A DNA stretch of 64,000 nucleotides from Candidatus Moraniibacteriota bacterium (GTDB lineage Bacteria > Patescibacteriota > Minisyncoccia > Moranbacterales > GCA-2747515): assembly GCA_046116545.1 (NCBI GenBank), contig CP175956.1:449734-513733 (forward strand). Reading direction: 5' to 3'. The position numbers and the translations under genes were made by a program. A model generated the notes under the pieces. That model worked only from the letters and a program-made list of their open reading frames with translations, did not search any database and was not told the DNA's origin. This document shows, piece by piece, positions 47,877 through 59,300 of this stretch (within the stretch, counting starts at the first letter, position 1; every line of letters starts with the position of its first letter).

Positions 47877-49946
47877 TTGAAACCACTGCAAATAAATCTA
47901 TTTGCAGTGGTTTTTGTTTTTTTTGAATACATGGTATTATATTTATATCTAAAAAATATATTTAAAAATGTGAAAAAAAATAATAAAATAAATAAATATC
48001 TTATATATATAACATCATTTTGTTTTATATTTTCATTTTTATTCAGTCTTAATTTTGATAATTATAGTGAAAATCAGCAAAATATTTTCAATGATGTTTA
48101 TGCAGCTAAAGCAGCTCAGGGTGCAGCAGGAAATGCTTCAGGAGGTAATAATGTAGCAAGTCCAACTAGTTATGATGTGGATGATGACACATATTTAAAT
48201 TTACCGTCCATGGTTTTTGCAATCGTTCGTTTTTTTTCTTGGTTAATTACATTTTGTGCATCACTTATAGAATGGACATTACAGCCAGCTTTCATGACTG
48301 GGCTTATGGAAAATACTGCTGTTAAAACTGGGTGGACTACAGTTCGCGATTTTTTAAATATATTTTTTATATTTTTTCTACTATTTAGTGCATTTGCAAC
48401 TATTTTTCAAGTTTCAAAATATCATATCAAAAGTACATGGGTAATGATTGTTGTAATGGCATTGATGGTTAATTTTTCATGGCCTATAGGTAGGGTTATT
48501 ATAGATATTTCAAATGTTACAATGACCTATATTATGGGAGATACTAAATCAGGTGGATTATCATCGGCTCTGGGTAAAAATTCACATTTTGCAGCGTTAG
48601 TTGTAGGTCAAGAAGGTCCAGAGGTTAAATTCGACAGTGAGGTTGACTGGGTTCCAATTTTTATGGGTGTATTAACTAGTTTTTTATTTTTAGTAACTAT
48701 AGGAGCAATTGCTTTAATATTAGTAATTCGAGGTATAGTGTTAGCTGTTCTTATGGTTTTTGCGTCAGTTGGTTTTGTATTAGCTGCATTTCCATCAACT
48801 AGATCATATGCAAATAGTTGGTGGAGTAGTTTGGTGAAATATGCAATGATAGGTCCAATATTATTATTTATGTTAATATTATCAATTAACATGTTATCTG
48901 CTGCGGAAAGTAGTAATTTTGTGAGTAGTGCACCTGGTTCTACTGGTAAGACAGGTGATGCAATAAAAGAATTAATGAAATACACCATATCACTTATTGT
49001 TTTGTGGTCTGGAATAATAGCCGCTGGAAAACTAGGTGATGGAGCGTCTAGCATGGTAGTTGGAAAAGCTGGTGCAGCTGTACGTGGTATGGGTAATAAA
49101 TTGAAAAAAAGTGGTGTTAGTACTGGGAAATTTGTAGGTAGAACAGGTGCTAATACAGCCGATTCAATTAGCGGTGGACGAATTAGTAGTGGTATAGCAA
49201 AAGTTCATGGGGTTTCTGATGGATGGAAAAAACGATTTAATAATGCTGAAGAGGGTAGAAAAAAACGTTATAATGAAACCAAAGAAAATATGTCAGCTAG
49301 AACAGAAGCACTTGCACACGATAAGGGTGGTATAGATGGTTATGGTGCTAATAAAAATGCTATTACAGCTCATGAAAATAAAAAAGTGGCAGAAATGAAG
49401 AAAAAACATAAAGAAGATAATACTGATGCTGTTACATTAGCTAATGAATTAGATGGTGCTGATAAAGTTAAAACTAGAGCAATAATAGAATCATTATCAG
49501 GAATGAAAGAAGGTGTTGATGAAAATGTTATTAAAAAAATGGTTAAGAGTGGTGATAAAATTAAAGGAAATAAAGTTCTAGAAAAAGCAATAACTAAAAA
49601 AGCAGCTGAAACTGGTAATTCTCATGTTGTATATGATAATGAATTAAATACACAATATAAAATGAAAGCAAAATCTGCAGGGAAAGATATAAGTCAATTA
49701 AATAGCATGGAAAGAAAAACTGTTAAGAGTAATGTATCTAAAGACGTATATAGTGGGATGGATGGTAAAACATTTGCAAAGCAAAAAGAAACGATTAAAC
49801 GAATTGATGAGAATAATGCAGGATTTCTTGCAATTGGAGAAGATTTACAAGGAAAACTAGAGAGAGCATCATTTGCAAAAGAAATGCAAAATGTTGATAG
49901 TGAAACATATGAAAGATTGCAAAATATTAATGATACTCATTTATAA
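47877..49946 (+). CDS. VirB6/TrbL-like polytopic membrane protein with a long hydrophilic C-terminal tail
   Basis: At least 7 predicted TM helices in the first 400 aa, a Gly-rich loop, a roughly 290-aa charged C-terminus, and genomic context next to VirB3/VirB4-like genes. Confidence 0.4.
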   Translation: MKPLQINLFAVVFVFFEYMVLYLYLKNIFKNVKKNNKINKYLIYITSFCFIFSFLFSLNFDNYSENQQNIFNDVYAAKAAQGAAGNASGGNNVASPTSYDVDDDTYLNLPSMVFAIVRFFSWLITFCASLIEWTLQPAFMTGLMENTAVKTGWTTVRDFLNIFFIFFLLFSAFATIFQVSKYHIKSTWVMIVVMALMVNFSWPIGRVIIDISNVTMTYIMGDTKSGGLSSALGKNSHFAALVVGQEGPEVKFDSEVDWVPIFMGVLTSFLFLVTIGAIALILVIRGIVLAVLMVFASVGFVLAAFPSTRSYANSWWSSLVKYAMIGPILLFMLILSINMLSAAESSNFVSSAPGSTGKTGDAIKELMKYTISLIVLWSGIIAAGKLGDGASSMVVGKAGAAVRGMGNKLKKSGVSTGKFVGRTGANTADSISGGRISSGIAKVHGVSDGWKKRFNNAEEGRKKRYNETKENMSARTEALAHDKGGIDGYGANKNAITAHENKKVAEMKKKHKEDNTDAVTLANELDGADKVKTRAIIESLSGMKEGVDENVIKKMVKSGDKIKGNKVLEKAITKKAAETGNSHVVYDNELNTQYKMKAKSAGKDISQLNSMERKTVKSNVSKDVYSGMDGKTFAKQKETIKRIDENNAGFLAIGEDLQGKLERASFAKEMQNVDSETYERLQNINDTHL

Positions 49947-49954
49947 AATGAATA

Positions 49955-51511
49955 ATGCAAGATTATAAAGATCAAAAGAAATACTACCCCACATTAGTAT
50001 CAGATATACAAGGAGTGTCAGATAAAAATGGATTTGAAAGAATTCAAAAAATAAAAGCACTACCACAAAAAACACAAGATATTTTATTTTCAGATAAAAT
50101 TATTGATGTTATTTATGATATAGAAAGAAGATATTATTTATCAGATGAAAATACGGAGGGAATTTCGAGATCGATTAGACAATATTTTCTTAGAGAAATT
50201 ACACAGGAAGGATTTATTGAGAAATTAAGTATATCATGTAATATTTCAAATGCTGATGCTATAAAATTATTACATGTTATTAATAGTGTTAGTGTAAAAG
50301 TAGAACAAAAAGAAAAAAAACAAATTAAAAAAATAAATTTAGATAAAAATAAATTTAGTGTAATTTTAAAAAAATATCCTAAAATTTTAGAGCAAAAAAT
50401 AACAAATAATAAAATAACAAATCCAAAAACAGGAGAACAAGTACAACCAACATTGAAGAATTGGATTAGAATGTATGAAATAGAATTTGGTGCTAGTGGA
50501 CGAACCATGATGAATAGGGGGGACTTTATGTTTCAATCCAGTGTAACTAGAGGTTTAAATGATAATGAAAAACAAGTAGTATCACAGTTATTGAAAAGTA
50601 AGGATGAAAATAGTGAAGTATCTGTTGACATAGATAAAAGTGAAATTGTTTTTGAAAATATTGTATTGAAGAGTGATAGTGATATAAATAAAACATTAAG
50701 GCAGACACCCAAGTCTATACCAACACAACAGATAAATAAGTCTGTCATAATGAAACAAATACAAAATTCTGTTCCAATGCAACAAACACGTAAAGCTGTT
50801 TTTGCACAGAAAAACAATAAAAACACAGACTTAAATACTGATTTAAATCAAAAAAATATTAACAATGAGTTTACAAAAGTAAATAATACTAATTCAAAAC
50901 ATAATTTTGATAATATAAGGCAGCAAAATAGTGATATAGGACAGGTTGATGAATTGAAAAATAAACTTGCAAATAGTCAAAAACAGCTAGAAAAATTAGA
51001 GACTGAAATTATAGGTGGTGAAAATAATAGTCAGTATGAACAACAGATGAATAGACGACAAAAGAACTATCAAAAACCACCCCTTAATCCCCTCCTTAAA
51101 AAGGAGGGGAGGCAAGTTGCTTCACAAGAACTATCCTCGATGGAGCAAATTACTTCTCAAAAAATAGTACCGATGAGACAAACCAGTTTTCAGAAAGAGC
51201 CACAATCAGATATTGAAAAAGAAATATTGAAAAATAGGGCAGAAATGAATAATGAAGTAATTGTGAATGAATTTCAGAAAGTAGATGATGGTCATGTTGG
51301 GATTCAGTCAAATTTAATTACATCAAAAAAAGTACAAAATACTAAAAAGAAGAATAATATAAACTTAATAAAGACAAATAAAAAACAAAAACCTAATAAA
51401 TATATAAAACAAGATGCAATAAACAAAGTTGAAAAAGTTGAAAATAGTATAAATAATGTTAGTGGTAATATAACATTTAGCTCTAAACATAGGATGCCTG
51501 GTGAAAGTTAA
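49955..51511 (+). CDS. Hypothetical hydrophilic Q/N/K-rich protein
   Basis: 518 aa with no TM helix and coiled-coil-like segments. Confidence 0.4.
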   Translation: MQDYKDQKKYYPTLVSDIQGVSDKNGFERIQKIKALPQKTQDILFSDKIIDVIYDIERRYYLSDENTEGISRSIRQYFLREITQEGFIEKLSISCNISNADAIKLLHVINSVSVKVEQKEKKQIKKINLDKNKFSVILKKYPKILEQKITNNKITNPKTGEQVQPTLKNWIRMYEIEFGASGRTMMNRGDFMFQSSVTRGLNDNEKQVVSQLLKSKDENSEVSVDIDKSEIVFENIVLKSDSDINKTLRQTPKSIPTQQINKSVIMKQIQNSVPMQQTRKAVFAQKNNKNTDLNTDLNQKNINNEFTKVNNTNSKHNFDNIRQQNSDIGQVDELKNKLANSQKQLEKLETEIIGGENNSQYEQQMNRRQKNYQKPPLNPLLKKEGRQVASQELSSMEQITSQKIVPMRQTSFQKEPQSDIEKEILKNRAEMNNEVIVNEFQKVDDGHVGIQSNLITSKKVQNTKKKNNINLIKTNKKQKPNKYIKQDAINKVEKVENSINNVSGNITFSSKHRMPGES

Positions 51512-51784
51512 ACAAACATGCGGATAGAGTCATGAATCTTGTTCTATAAAAAATTTATCATCAAGAATTTTTTTGTAAGGAGAGTGTTATTAAGTTGTTC
51601 GTTTGAGAAGATTATTTCAGGAATTTAGACGTTTGTTAGTATAGTCTAGATTCCGGATAAATTTATTTGTACATTATTGCTAAATACTCTGATACAAATA
51701 ATATTTTCTGGAATGACAATTTGGCGTGATTATAATAAAATTCTGTAAATCATTTATTAGAACAAATCACATAACCTTTTTATT

Positions 51785-51808
51785 GTCATTCCCGCGTAGG
51801 CGGGAATC
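51785..51808. repeat. GC-rich palindromic element, family copy 4 (canonical form)
   Basis: gtcattcccgcgtaggcgggaatc, an 8-bp stem ATTCCCGC/GCGGGAAT with a 4-nt loop. Confidence 0.65.
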
Positions 51809-52012
51809 TAGGATAATACTAATAAGCTTTGTGATTATCGTTTATTAATCTGGTGTACACATCACTTTATAGAAAACTTCCTAGATCCCCACATTCACTG
51901 GGATGACAAACTGAATGATGAAAATATGTGAGGATAAACTTTTGTAATATTTTTTTGGAATAAAAAAGTGTAGTGTGATATAATAAATATATTGAAAAAA
52001 TAAAAATAAAGT

Positions 52013-52471
52013 ATGCAAATTGTACCACAGTATATTGACATTGAAGATAAGATAGCAGGTCCACTTACATGGAAACATATAGGATGGTTATTTGGTGGTG
52101 GTGCAATTCTATCATTTTTATTTGTTACATTGGATAGAATTACATTTATGATTATAGCAATTCCATTTGGATTGCTTGTAATAGCAATGGCATTTTATAG
52201 ACCACAAGGAGTTCCTCTTGTGGAATTTATGGGATATGGATTTTCATATATTTTTAAACCAAAAAGATATCTATGGTCAAGAGATTTTGAAGCAGGTAAT
52301 CAACAGAGTGATAAGATTGTTGAAAGTGTTGTAAATGTGAAGCAAAAGGAAAAAATGACTATGGATGAAATAACAGCAATATCACAAACATTAGATAGTG
52401 GTGGTGTCCAGAGGAATAAACAGATGCAAGAATTAATAAAGAAAAATATAAGTACTGCAAATAAAAAATAA
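52013..52471 (+). CDS. VirB3/PrgI-like small membrane protein
   Basis: 152 aa, two TM helices (IGWLFGGGAILSFLFVTL, FMIIAIPFGLLVIAMAF), located immediately upstream of the VirB4 gene. Confidence 0.4.
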   Translation: MQIVPQYIDIEDKIAGPLTWKHIGWLFGGGAILSFLFVTLDRITFMIIAIPFGLLVIAMAFYRPQGVPLVEFMGYGFSYIFKPKRYLWSRDFEAGNQQSDKIVESVVNVKQKEKMTMDEITAISQTLDSGGVQRNKQMQELIKKNISTANKK

Positions 52472-52475
52472 AAAT

Positions 52476-53168
52476 ATGAGTTTTTTTGGTTCTAATAGTG
52501 AAAATGTAAATAATTCAGGTATCAGTACATTGAAGTATGTTGATATTAAAACAATAAAAGATGGTGTTGTTGTATTGAAAAATGGAGGAATGAGAGCGGT
52601 TCTTTTAGTTTCATCAATCAATTTTGATTTGAAATCATCAGATGAGCAAGTTGCTATTATTGGAGCTTATCAAAACTTTTTAAATTCACTGGATTTCCCA
52701 GTGCAAATAATAATAAGTTCAAGAAAATTGAATATAGGTCCATATACGGAAATACTAAAAGAAAAAGCAAAAGAACAAAGTAATGAATTATTAAAAATTC
52801 AAATCATAGAATATAGAGAGTTTATATCAACACTTGCGGATGTTACTAATATTATGAATAAATTCTTTTATCTAGTTGTACCATTTGCTCCGGTTGAAGA
52901 TAAAAATAGTGGAGTTTTAGATAAAATAACAAATGCAATAAATCCATCTCAAAGCATTACTCAACACAATGAATTATTTGAGACTTATAAAAATCAGTTA
53001 TGGCAAAGAGTGGATCATGTAGCAGCAGCACTTGGTGGCACAGGACTGCATTTTACAACATTAAATACAGATGAATTAATAGAATTGTATTATAGTGCTT
53101 ATAATCCATCAGAATATGCTCAGGTTACAATTAAAGATATTTCTAAATCAGATATTAAACAATTATAG
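52476..53168 (+). CDS. VirB4/TrbE-family ATPase, N-terminal segment (ends at an in-frame TAG)
   Basis: KDGVVVLKNGGMRAVLLVSSINFDLKSSDEQVAIIGAYQNFLNSLDFPVQIII resembles the VirB4/TraE N-terminal domain and is in the same frame as 53172..54980. Confidence 0.6.
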   Translation: MSFFGSNSENVNNSGISTLKYVDIKTIKDGVVVLKNGGMRAVLLVSSINFDLKSSDEQVAIIGAYQNFLNSLDFPVQIIISSRKLNIGPYTEILKEKAKEQSNELLKIQIIEYREFISTLADVTNIMNKFFYLVVPFAPVEDKNSGVLDKITNAINPSQSITQHNELFETYKNQLWQRVDHVAAALGGTGLHFTTLNTDELIELYYSAYNPSEYAQVTIKDISKSDIKQL

Positions 53169-53171
53169 TAT

Positions 53172-54980
53172 ATGTTTTCAAAAAAACAAAAAGAAACAAA
53201 AAAGAATAATGTAATAGAAAATGAAGAGTTTTATCAAAGTGGTGTAGCGACTGTAAGAGGATTGATAGCTCCAAGTGCATTAGAAATAAAAACAGATCAT
53301 ATTCAAATTGGTAATGTAATGTCTTCGACTATGTTTGTTATTGCATATCCAAGATTTCTGAACGATAATTGGTTTTCTCCAATTATTAATATAGATTTTC
53401 CAATGGACACAGCAATGTTTATTCATCCAGCAGATACTAGAGAGGTGTTGAAAAATTTAAAAAAAAGTGCAGCTCATGTGCATTCGCAGATAAATATAAA
53501 TGCAAATAGTGGTAAAGTGATGGATCCAATGCTTGAAACTGCTGTGGATAATATTGAAAATTTAAGAGTTAGTTTACAACAAGGTACAGAAAGATTTTTT
53601 CAATTCGGACTGTATTTAACTGTTTTTGCCACTGAAGCAGCTGTATTACAAAAAAACAAAAGTGAAATACAAGCAATATTAGAGGCGCAGCTAATTTATA
53701 CAAAGCCAGCAGTATTACGTATGGAACAAGGATTTATGTCGACAATTCCACTAGGTGTTGATAAATTAAGTGCAGGTACAAATCTAAATACAGCACCACT
53801 TTCAACAACATTCCCCTTTGTCTCTTCAGATTTATCTTCGAATGAGGGTATTTTATATGGAATTAATAGACATAACAATAGCTTGATATTGTTTGATAGA
53901 TTTAATATGGAAAATGCAAATATGGTTGTATTTGCAAAATCTGGTGGTGGTAAAAGTTACTTTGTTAAGTTGGAGTTGTTACGTGCTATGATGCTGGGTG
54001 TAAATATAATAATAATTGATCCTGAGAATGAATATAAGCATTTATGCGGAACTGTAGGTGGAACTTATGTAAGAATATCACTTGGATCACAGGCTCATAT
54101 AAATCCATTTGAGTTACCAAAAATTCCAGAAGATGAAAAACCAGAAGATGTTTTTAGAAATACAATTGCTAGTCTGATAGGACTATTACATATAATGCTC
54201 GGTAGTGTGACACCAGAAGAAGATACTGTTCTAGAACGTGGTATAAGAGAATCATATGCGGTTAGAGATATAAATGAAAAAAGTAATTTTGGTGTCATAC
54301 CACATAAAGGATATCCTACAATGTCAGATTTATACGAGGTCTTGAGGAGTATGGATGGTGGTGATTCAATTGCTAAAAGGTTATCCAAATATACAGATGG
54401 TATATTTGGAGGATTTTTGAATAACCCAACAAATATTGAAGTTGATAATCAAATGGTTGTATTTAATATTCGGGATCTTGAAGAAGAATTGAGACCAATA
54501 GCAATGTATATGGTACTTCAATTTATTTGGAATGAGATGCGTACAAATCTTACAAGACGTATCGTTGCAGTAGATGAAGCCTGGGTTATGATGCAAAATG
54601 ATGATGCAGCTGCTTTTATGTTTGGTATAGCAAAAAGGTGTCGTAAATATTATACAGGACTTACGACAATTACTCAGGATGTTAGTGATTTTATGTCCAG
54701 TAGATATGGGAAGCCAATTGTAACAAACTCATCATTACAACTATTGTTAAGACAATCCCCAGCTTCTGTAGATGTAATTACTGAGACTTTTTTCTTAACA
54801 GATCATGAAAAATTTTTATTATTAGAAAGTGGTGTGGGTGAGGGTATCTTATTTGCAGGACCAAAGCATGCTGCAATTAAGGTTATAGCATCCTATAGTG
54901 AAGATCAGATTATAACGTCAGACCCAAGACAATTAGAAGAAATCGAAAAAGCAAAAGCAGAGCTAGAAAATGAAGAATAG
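53172..54980 (+). CDS. VirB4/TrbE-family conjugal-transfer ATPase, C-terminal segment (ATPase domain)
   Basis: Walker A VVFAKSGGGKSYF and Walker B RRIVAVDEAWVMM (the VirB4 hallmark DEAW). Confidence 0.8.
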   Translation: MFSKKQKETKKNNVIENEEFYQSGVATVRGLIAPSALEIKTDHIQIGNVMSSTMFVIAYPRFLNDNWFSPIINIDFPMDTAMFIHPADTREVLKNLKKSAAHVHSQININANSGKVMDPMLETAVDNIENLRVSLQQGTERFFQFGLYLTVFATEAAVLQKNKSEIQAILEAQLIYTKPAVLRMEQGFMSTIPLGVDKLSAGTNLNTAPLSTTFPFVSSDLSSNEGILYGINRHNNSLILFDRFNMENANMVVFAKSGGGKSYFVKLELLRAMMLGVNIIIIDPENEYKHLCGTVGGTYVRISLGSQAHINPFELPKIPEDEKPEDVFRNTIASLIGLLHIMLGSVTPEEDTVLERGIRESYAVRDINEKSNFGVIPHKGYPTMSDLYEVLRSMDGGDSIAKRLSKYTDGIFGGFLNNPTNIEVDNQMVVFNIRDLEEELRPIAMYMVLQFIWNEMRTNLTRRIVAVDEAWVMMQNDDAAAFMFGIAKRCRKYYTGLTTITQDVSDFMSSRYGKPIVTNSSLQLLLRQSPASVDVITETFFLTDHEKFLLLESGVGEGILFAGPKHAAIKVIASYSEDQIITSDPRQLEEIEKAKAELENEE

Positions 54981-54997
54981 ATATATAGTTATAAAAT

Positions 54998-55630
54998 ATG
55001 TCAGATGTGACTGTACAAAATAATATAAATCAACATGCACTCGAGCAACAACGTAATCGAGATTTTAAGGATGCTCGTATTGCTGAGCAGAAAAAACAAC
55101 AAAAACTTAAAAAGGAGCAGTATGCAGGAGGTCTTGCAAGTGCAGTAAAAGCATCACATGTTAATACACAAAAAACAACATCAAATAAAACAGATGCTCA
55201 AACAAAAAGAGAAATAAGACAACGACAAAGTTGGTATGCTAAAATAATTAAAGCACGAAAAAGAAAAAAATCAAAAAAAATACTGACCAGAAAATATGAA
55301 AAAATAATCAAAGGGTATAGTAGAATATCATGGATATTATTGTATACAGCCGCAGTAGCAGACGCTTTTTTTGATTTAATTACTGTACCAATACTGTCTA
55401 CTTTTATGTCTATATGTTTTTCACTTTATTTAAACTTAGCACTTTGGAGTGTTGGAGAAAAAAAAGATAGAGCAAAAAGAAGGCTTATCAGAGCATCTGT
55501 CTCAGTATTAGATTTAATACCAATTATAAATTTAATTCCTTTTTCAATTATGATAGTTTATAAAACACAAACAAGAGAACAAAAACGAGTTAAAAGAGCA
55601 AAAAAAATGATTGAAAAAATAAACAAATAA
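54998..55630 (+). CDS. Hypothetical basic protein with two C-terminal TM helices
   Basis: 210 aa, K/R/Q-rich N-terminus. Confidence 0.4.
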   Translation: MSDVTVQNNINQHALEQQRNRDFKDARIAEQKKQQKLKKEQYAGGLASAVKASHVNTQKTTSNKTDAQTKREIRQRQSWYAKIIKARKRKKSKKILTRKYEKIIKGYSRISWILLYTAAVADAFFDLITVPILSTFMSICFSLYLNLALWSVGEKKDRAKRRLIRASVSVLDLIPIINLIPFSIMIVYKTQTREQKRVKRAKKMIEKINK

Positions 55631-55678
55631 AAGTGTGGTATAATTTAAAATAAATAATGAAAATAAAATAAAATATTT

Positions 55679-56320
55679 ATGAATAATGAATTAAAGACAA
55701 ATATAATAACAACAGTGTTTGCAATAACATGTCTTATCTTGTATCTCGCATTTCCTTTTGGTGATTTGGAATTTGAAAATTGGCTTGGTATGTTATGTGT
55801 TTTATTTATTTTGCCTATTTTATATTCAAAAATTATTTTACATAAAACAAGTAGGGATATAGGATTTGGTAAAATTAACATGGATAAAAGAGGTTGGTTC
55901 TTTCTAGCTAGCTCTGTCATTGTTGGAGGATTGATTAGTTTTTTGATTATTAGTATGGAATTTGGCAGGAATGCATATATTGACAGTCTATCACCTACAA
56001 TAGCAACACATTTTGGAGCATTTATGTTTTATGAGCTTATTTTCATGGCATTATCGATGTTTCTGTTTACCTTTTTTTCCTTTGGCTTTATATATTCTAT
56101 AAAATACAAAAATGAAATATTCTCAAAAATATTCTCAATAGCAGTATTTATAGTATTTTTAGCAGATTTTTATATAAGTGCAATATTATGGATTCCATTA
56201 CTTGCTCCGGTGTTTTTTATTAAACAAATTAGGTATAATAAAAATATAATTTTTATGTTTTTAGCACTATTTATAATAGCTCTGATGATAGATACATTAG
56301 TGATTAAATCAATCTTGTAA
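55679..56320 (+). CDS. Hypothetical integral membrane protein
   Basis: 213 aa, about 6 TM helices. Confidence 0.4.
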   Translation: MNNELKTNIITTVFAITCLILYLAFPFGDLEFENWLGMLCVLFILPILYSKIILHKTSRDIGFGKINMDKRGWFFLASSVIVGGLISFLIISMEFGRNAYIDSLSPTIATHFGAFMFYELIFMALSMFLFTFFSFGFIYSIKYKNEIFSKIFSIAVFIVFLADFYISAILWIPLLAPVFFIKQIRYNKNIIFMFLALFIIALMIDTLVIKSIL

Positions 56321-56331
56321 ACAAAATAATC

Positions 56332-59300
56332 ATGCAAACAAAAAAAACAATAGCAATAACACTAATATTAATACAAATAATAATACTTCAACCAATAAGC
56401 ACATATGCTTTTTTAGGGTTACCAAGTAATCCATTGAGTGGCGGTGGAGGGAGCGGAATGTCAGGAGATATAAGAAGTGGTATAAACGATTTTTTAGAAA
56501 AAGATTTAAATATAAATGTAAAAGATGGTCTAAGACCACTGACAGAGAGTATAAATACAATAGATAGGAAAGGAGAAATGCCAGAAGTGTCATTAAGATT
56601 TTCATCACAAAGTCCAAAAGAAGGAGAGAAGATAACAGTAAGTGCAGATGTAACAGGTGTAAAGAATCCAAATGATGCATACTATGTATGGTATTTAAAA
56701 AGAAAAGGAGATAGCTATGATGATATAGATAAATTACATCGTCAAGCAGTAAGTGCACAAGCAGCATTGTACTATGATCCAGAAACTCTAAATCAAAAAT
56801 TCAATCAAGGGATAGTAGCTTCAAAAGGAGATGATTATGATGGATATAAACCAAAGATGGGAGGAGATAATGGGATACTAAGAGGAGCAACATCAAAATC
56901 AGGTTCAAGCTTACTGCAACAACACGAAACTGCTACTGGAAACATCAAGGACGCTCATCAAGGAATAATAGATAGTTTACCAGGATTTGGAATATTTGAT
57001 GTATTGGCTCCAGGAACATCTCAAATAATGGATGCACAAAATCAAGTTAGAGATAGTCTATTAAATTCAACAGGAACAAAAGCAAATGACACAAAATCAG
57101 CATCAGGTAATAGGGATTATTGTTATATTTATAATTCAAAAACAGGTAAGCAATATGAATTAGGTGATGCACATGATGATTCAGCAATGGGCTGTCCAAC
57201 TGGATATATAGCAAAATGCATGCAAGAGAATAATGATTTAATGTGCCCAGTAGCAGTTCCAGGAATGACAGGAACTTCAACAGCAAGTAGTTCAGGTGGT
57301 GGCAATACATCATCCTCTTCAACTTCAACAACAATAGCAGGAGGAAATGGAGATAGATTCAGTTATCTAACAAGATGTCTAGATACAGAAATAAAACCAA
57401 CTTGTGATGTAAACACAGGAAAACTTCATTGTTCACAAGCAGATAAAGGAAATGTATTTCAAGCAGATAAAGCTTATTCATGCGATGGAACAAGTTGTAG
57501 TTCATATAAGACAGATGGTCATTGTTGTGAAGTGTTTGATACAATAGAGAAATGTAAAGCAGATAAGGATACAAAAATATGTACAATGGGAAGTCAAATG
57601 ATGGCAGTGAGTTATAGTTATGATCAACCAATAACTACTCCAACTCCTTATTGTGTTAAACAAGATCAAAAAACTGGGGAAATTTGGAAGGATCCTAATG
57701 TTAATGGGTGTGGGCTATATTCAGCAGATGGCAAATACCCAGGACCAACAGAAGGCCGTGTCGCAGGAACTAATCCAAGCTTTGATTTTTTTCAGCCAGA
57801 TGGAACGCCGTATAATGCACCATTTACAGGAATTATTCTTTGTCCAGACTCTCCAAATCTATTAACTTGTGATAATAATTTTAAATATCATGGAATGGAT
57901 GGAGCAAAACCAGTTTTTGAGAGACCTTTAGGTCAGGGCGTGGGTGCGTCAATGACAATTACATGTCAGGATGATGTTGGGGTTACATGGACATATGATA
58001 TAAGTAATGATAATACTGTTCAGTTTGCGGGTTGCCCTGATGCAAAGCCAATTAGCAGAGGTTGTTTTATTGATAAGGATAAAAAGATTTTAGATTTATT
58101 GGAACCCGAAAAAGCCTGTACCCTATCAACACCAAAGGACTCAGGGTGTACCGAGAAACAACATCTGTTTCCAGAGGAATTAAATCTAGGATTCTTTCCA
58201 GCATCAATAGAGGCACAGTATGGAACAAATCCAATAGATGCACAAACAACACCATTAGCAATAAATGATGGAGCATTGGCAGTAGGACTAGGAGTAAAGA
58301 ACTTTGAATGGAAATATAAAGCAGGAGATGAGATAGCTGTAGTAGTAGAAGGGATGGGACTGGGAATGACAAAACATGAAGATGCAACATATCAAACAGT
58401 TTTTGCAGTACCAAAAGAGGGATGTCAAAAAGCAATAGAAAATGCTTCAAAAGAAAGTTATGAAGAAACAGCAAAGAAAAAAGTAGTAACAATAGAAGTA
58501 GCAGAGATGAATCCAAGAGATTGTGTAACAGCAGAGATATTCCAAAAACCAGGAACGTCACAGTTTGATGCATTAAATGTAAATGTAAACCATGCTTCTC
58601 CAAGTGCACAAAACACATCTGTAGCAAGTGGGCTGAGTCAACCAATGCAAATAACAGCACATGCAAATGGTGTAAAAGGAGGAGGAATATCAAATTCAGA
58701 ACATCTGTACTATGAATGGAGTATTGTGTGTGGAGGAAAAACAATAGATTTAAGTAAAATGGAAGGACTGTCAAAAACAGAAGGAATGAATCTACCATCT
58801 CTAAATCTAACAGCAAACTTTCCACAGGAATGTGTAGATGCAGGAGAAGTAATAGTAAAAACAAAAATAAATGAACCTAGAGCTGGAGGAGGATCAAATT
58901 TTGGACAATCAGAAACAAAAATCAAGATTTATGATGTAAAAGATAGCCCACTTAAAACATTCAAGACAGAAATAGTAGAAGACACAAAATTCCAAAAAAC
59001 AGCAACAGCAGTATGTGATGTTGGGATAGATAAAACTTTGTGTAGAGTGATGAATAATGAAGTAATAGCTATAGCAGCAACAAAAGATGATGGAACAATA
59101 TATGATGGAACAATGCTGTCTTGGACAGTAGATGGAAAAGCATATAATTGTGATTCAAGTATATCTCCAGATTGTAATGATAGAACAAACTCAGGAACAA
59201 TAATAATTCCAATGACAGGTAGTGATGGAGATTTAGTAACAGTAACTGCAAGTATAAATGATGTAACAGGTGATAAAAACAATACACAAGTTCTATCAAG

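Noticed and set aside
52476-54980. Alternative genetic code (stop-codon reassignment) as the explanation for in-frame TAG in virB4 and TAA/TAA in nrdD
   Set aside because: TAG terminates ftsH and TAA terminates most genes. TGA terminates the 15321..15725 ORF, and long ORFs contain no internal TGA. The window is therefore consistent with the standard code. The in-frame stops are better explained as pseudogenisation, split genes or sequence errors.
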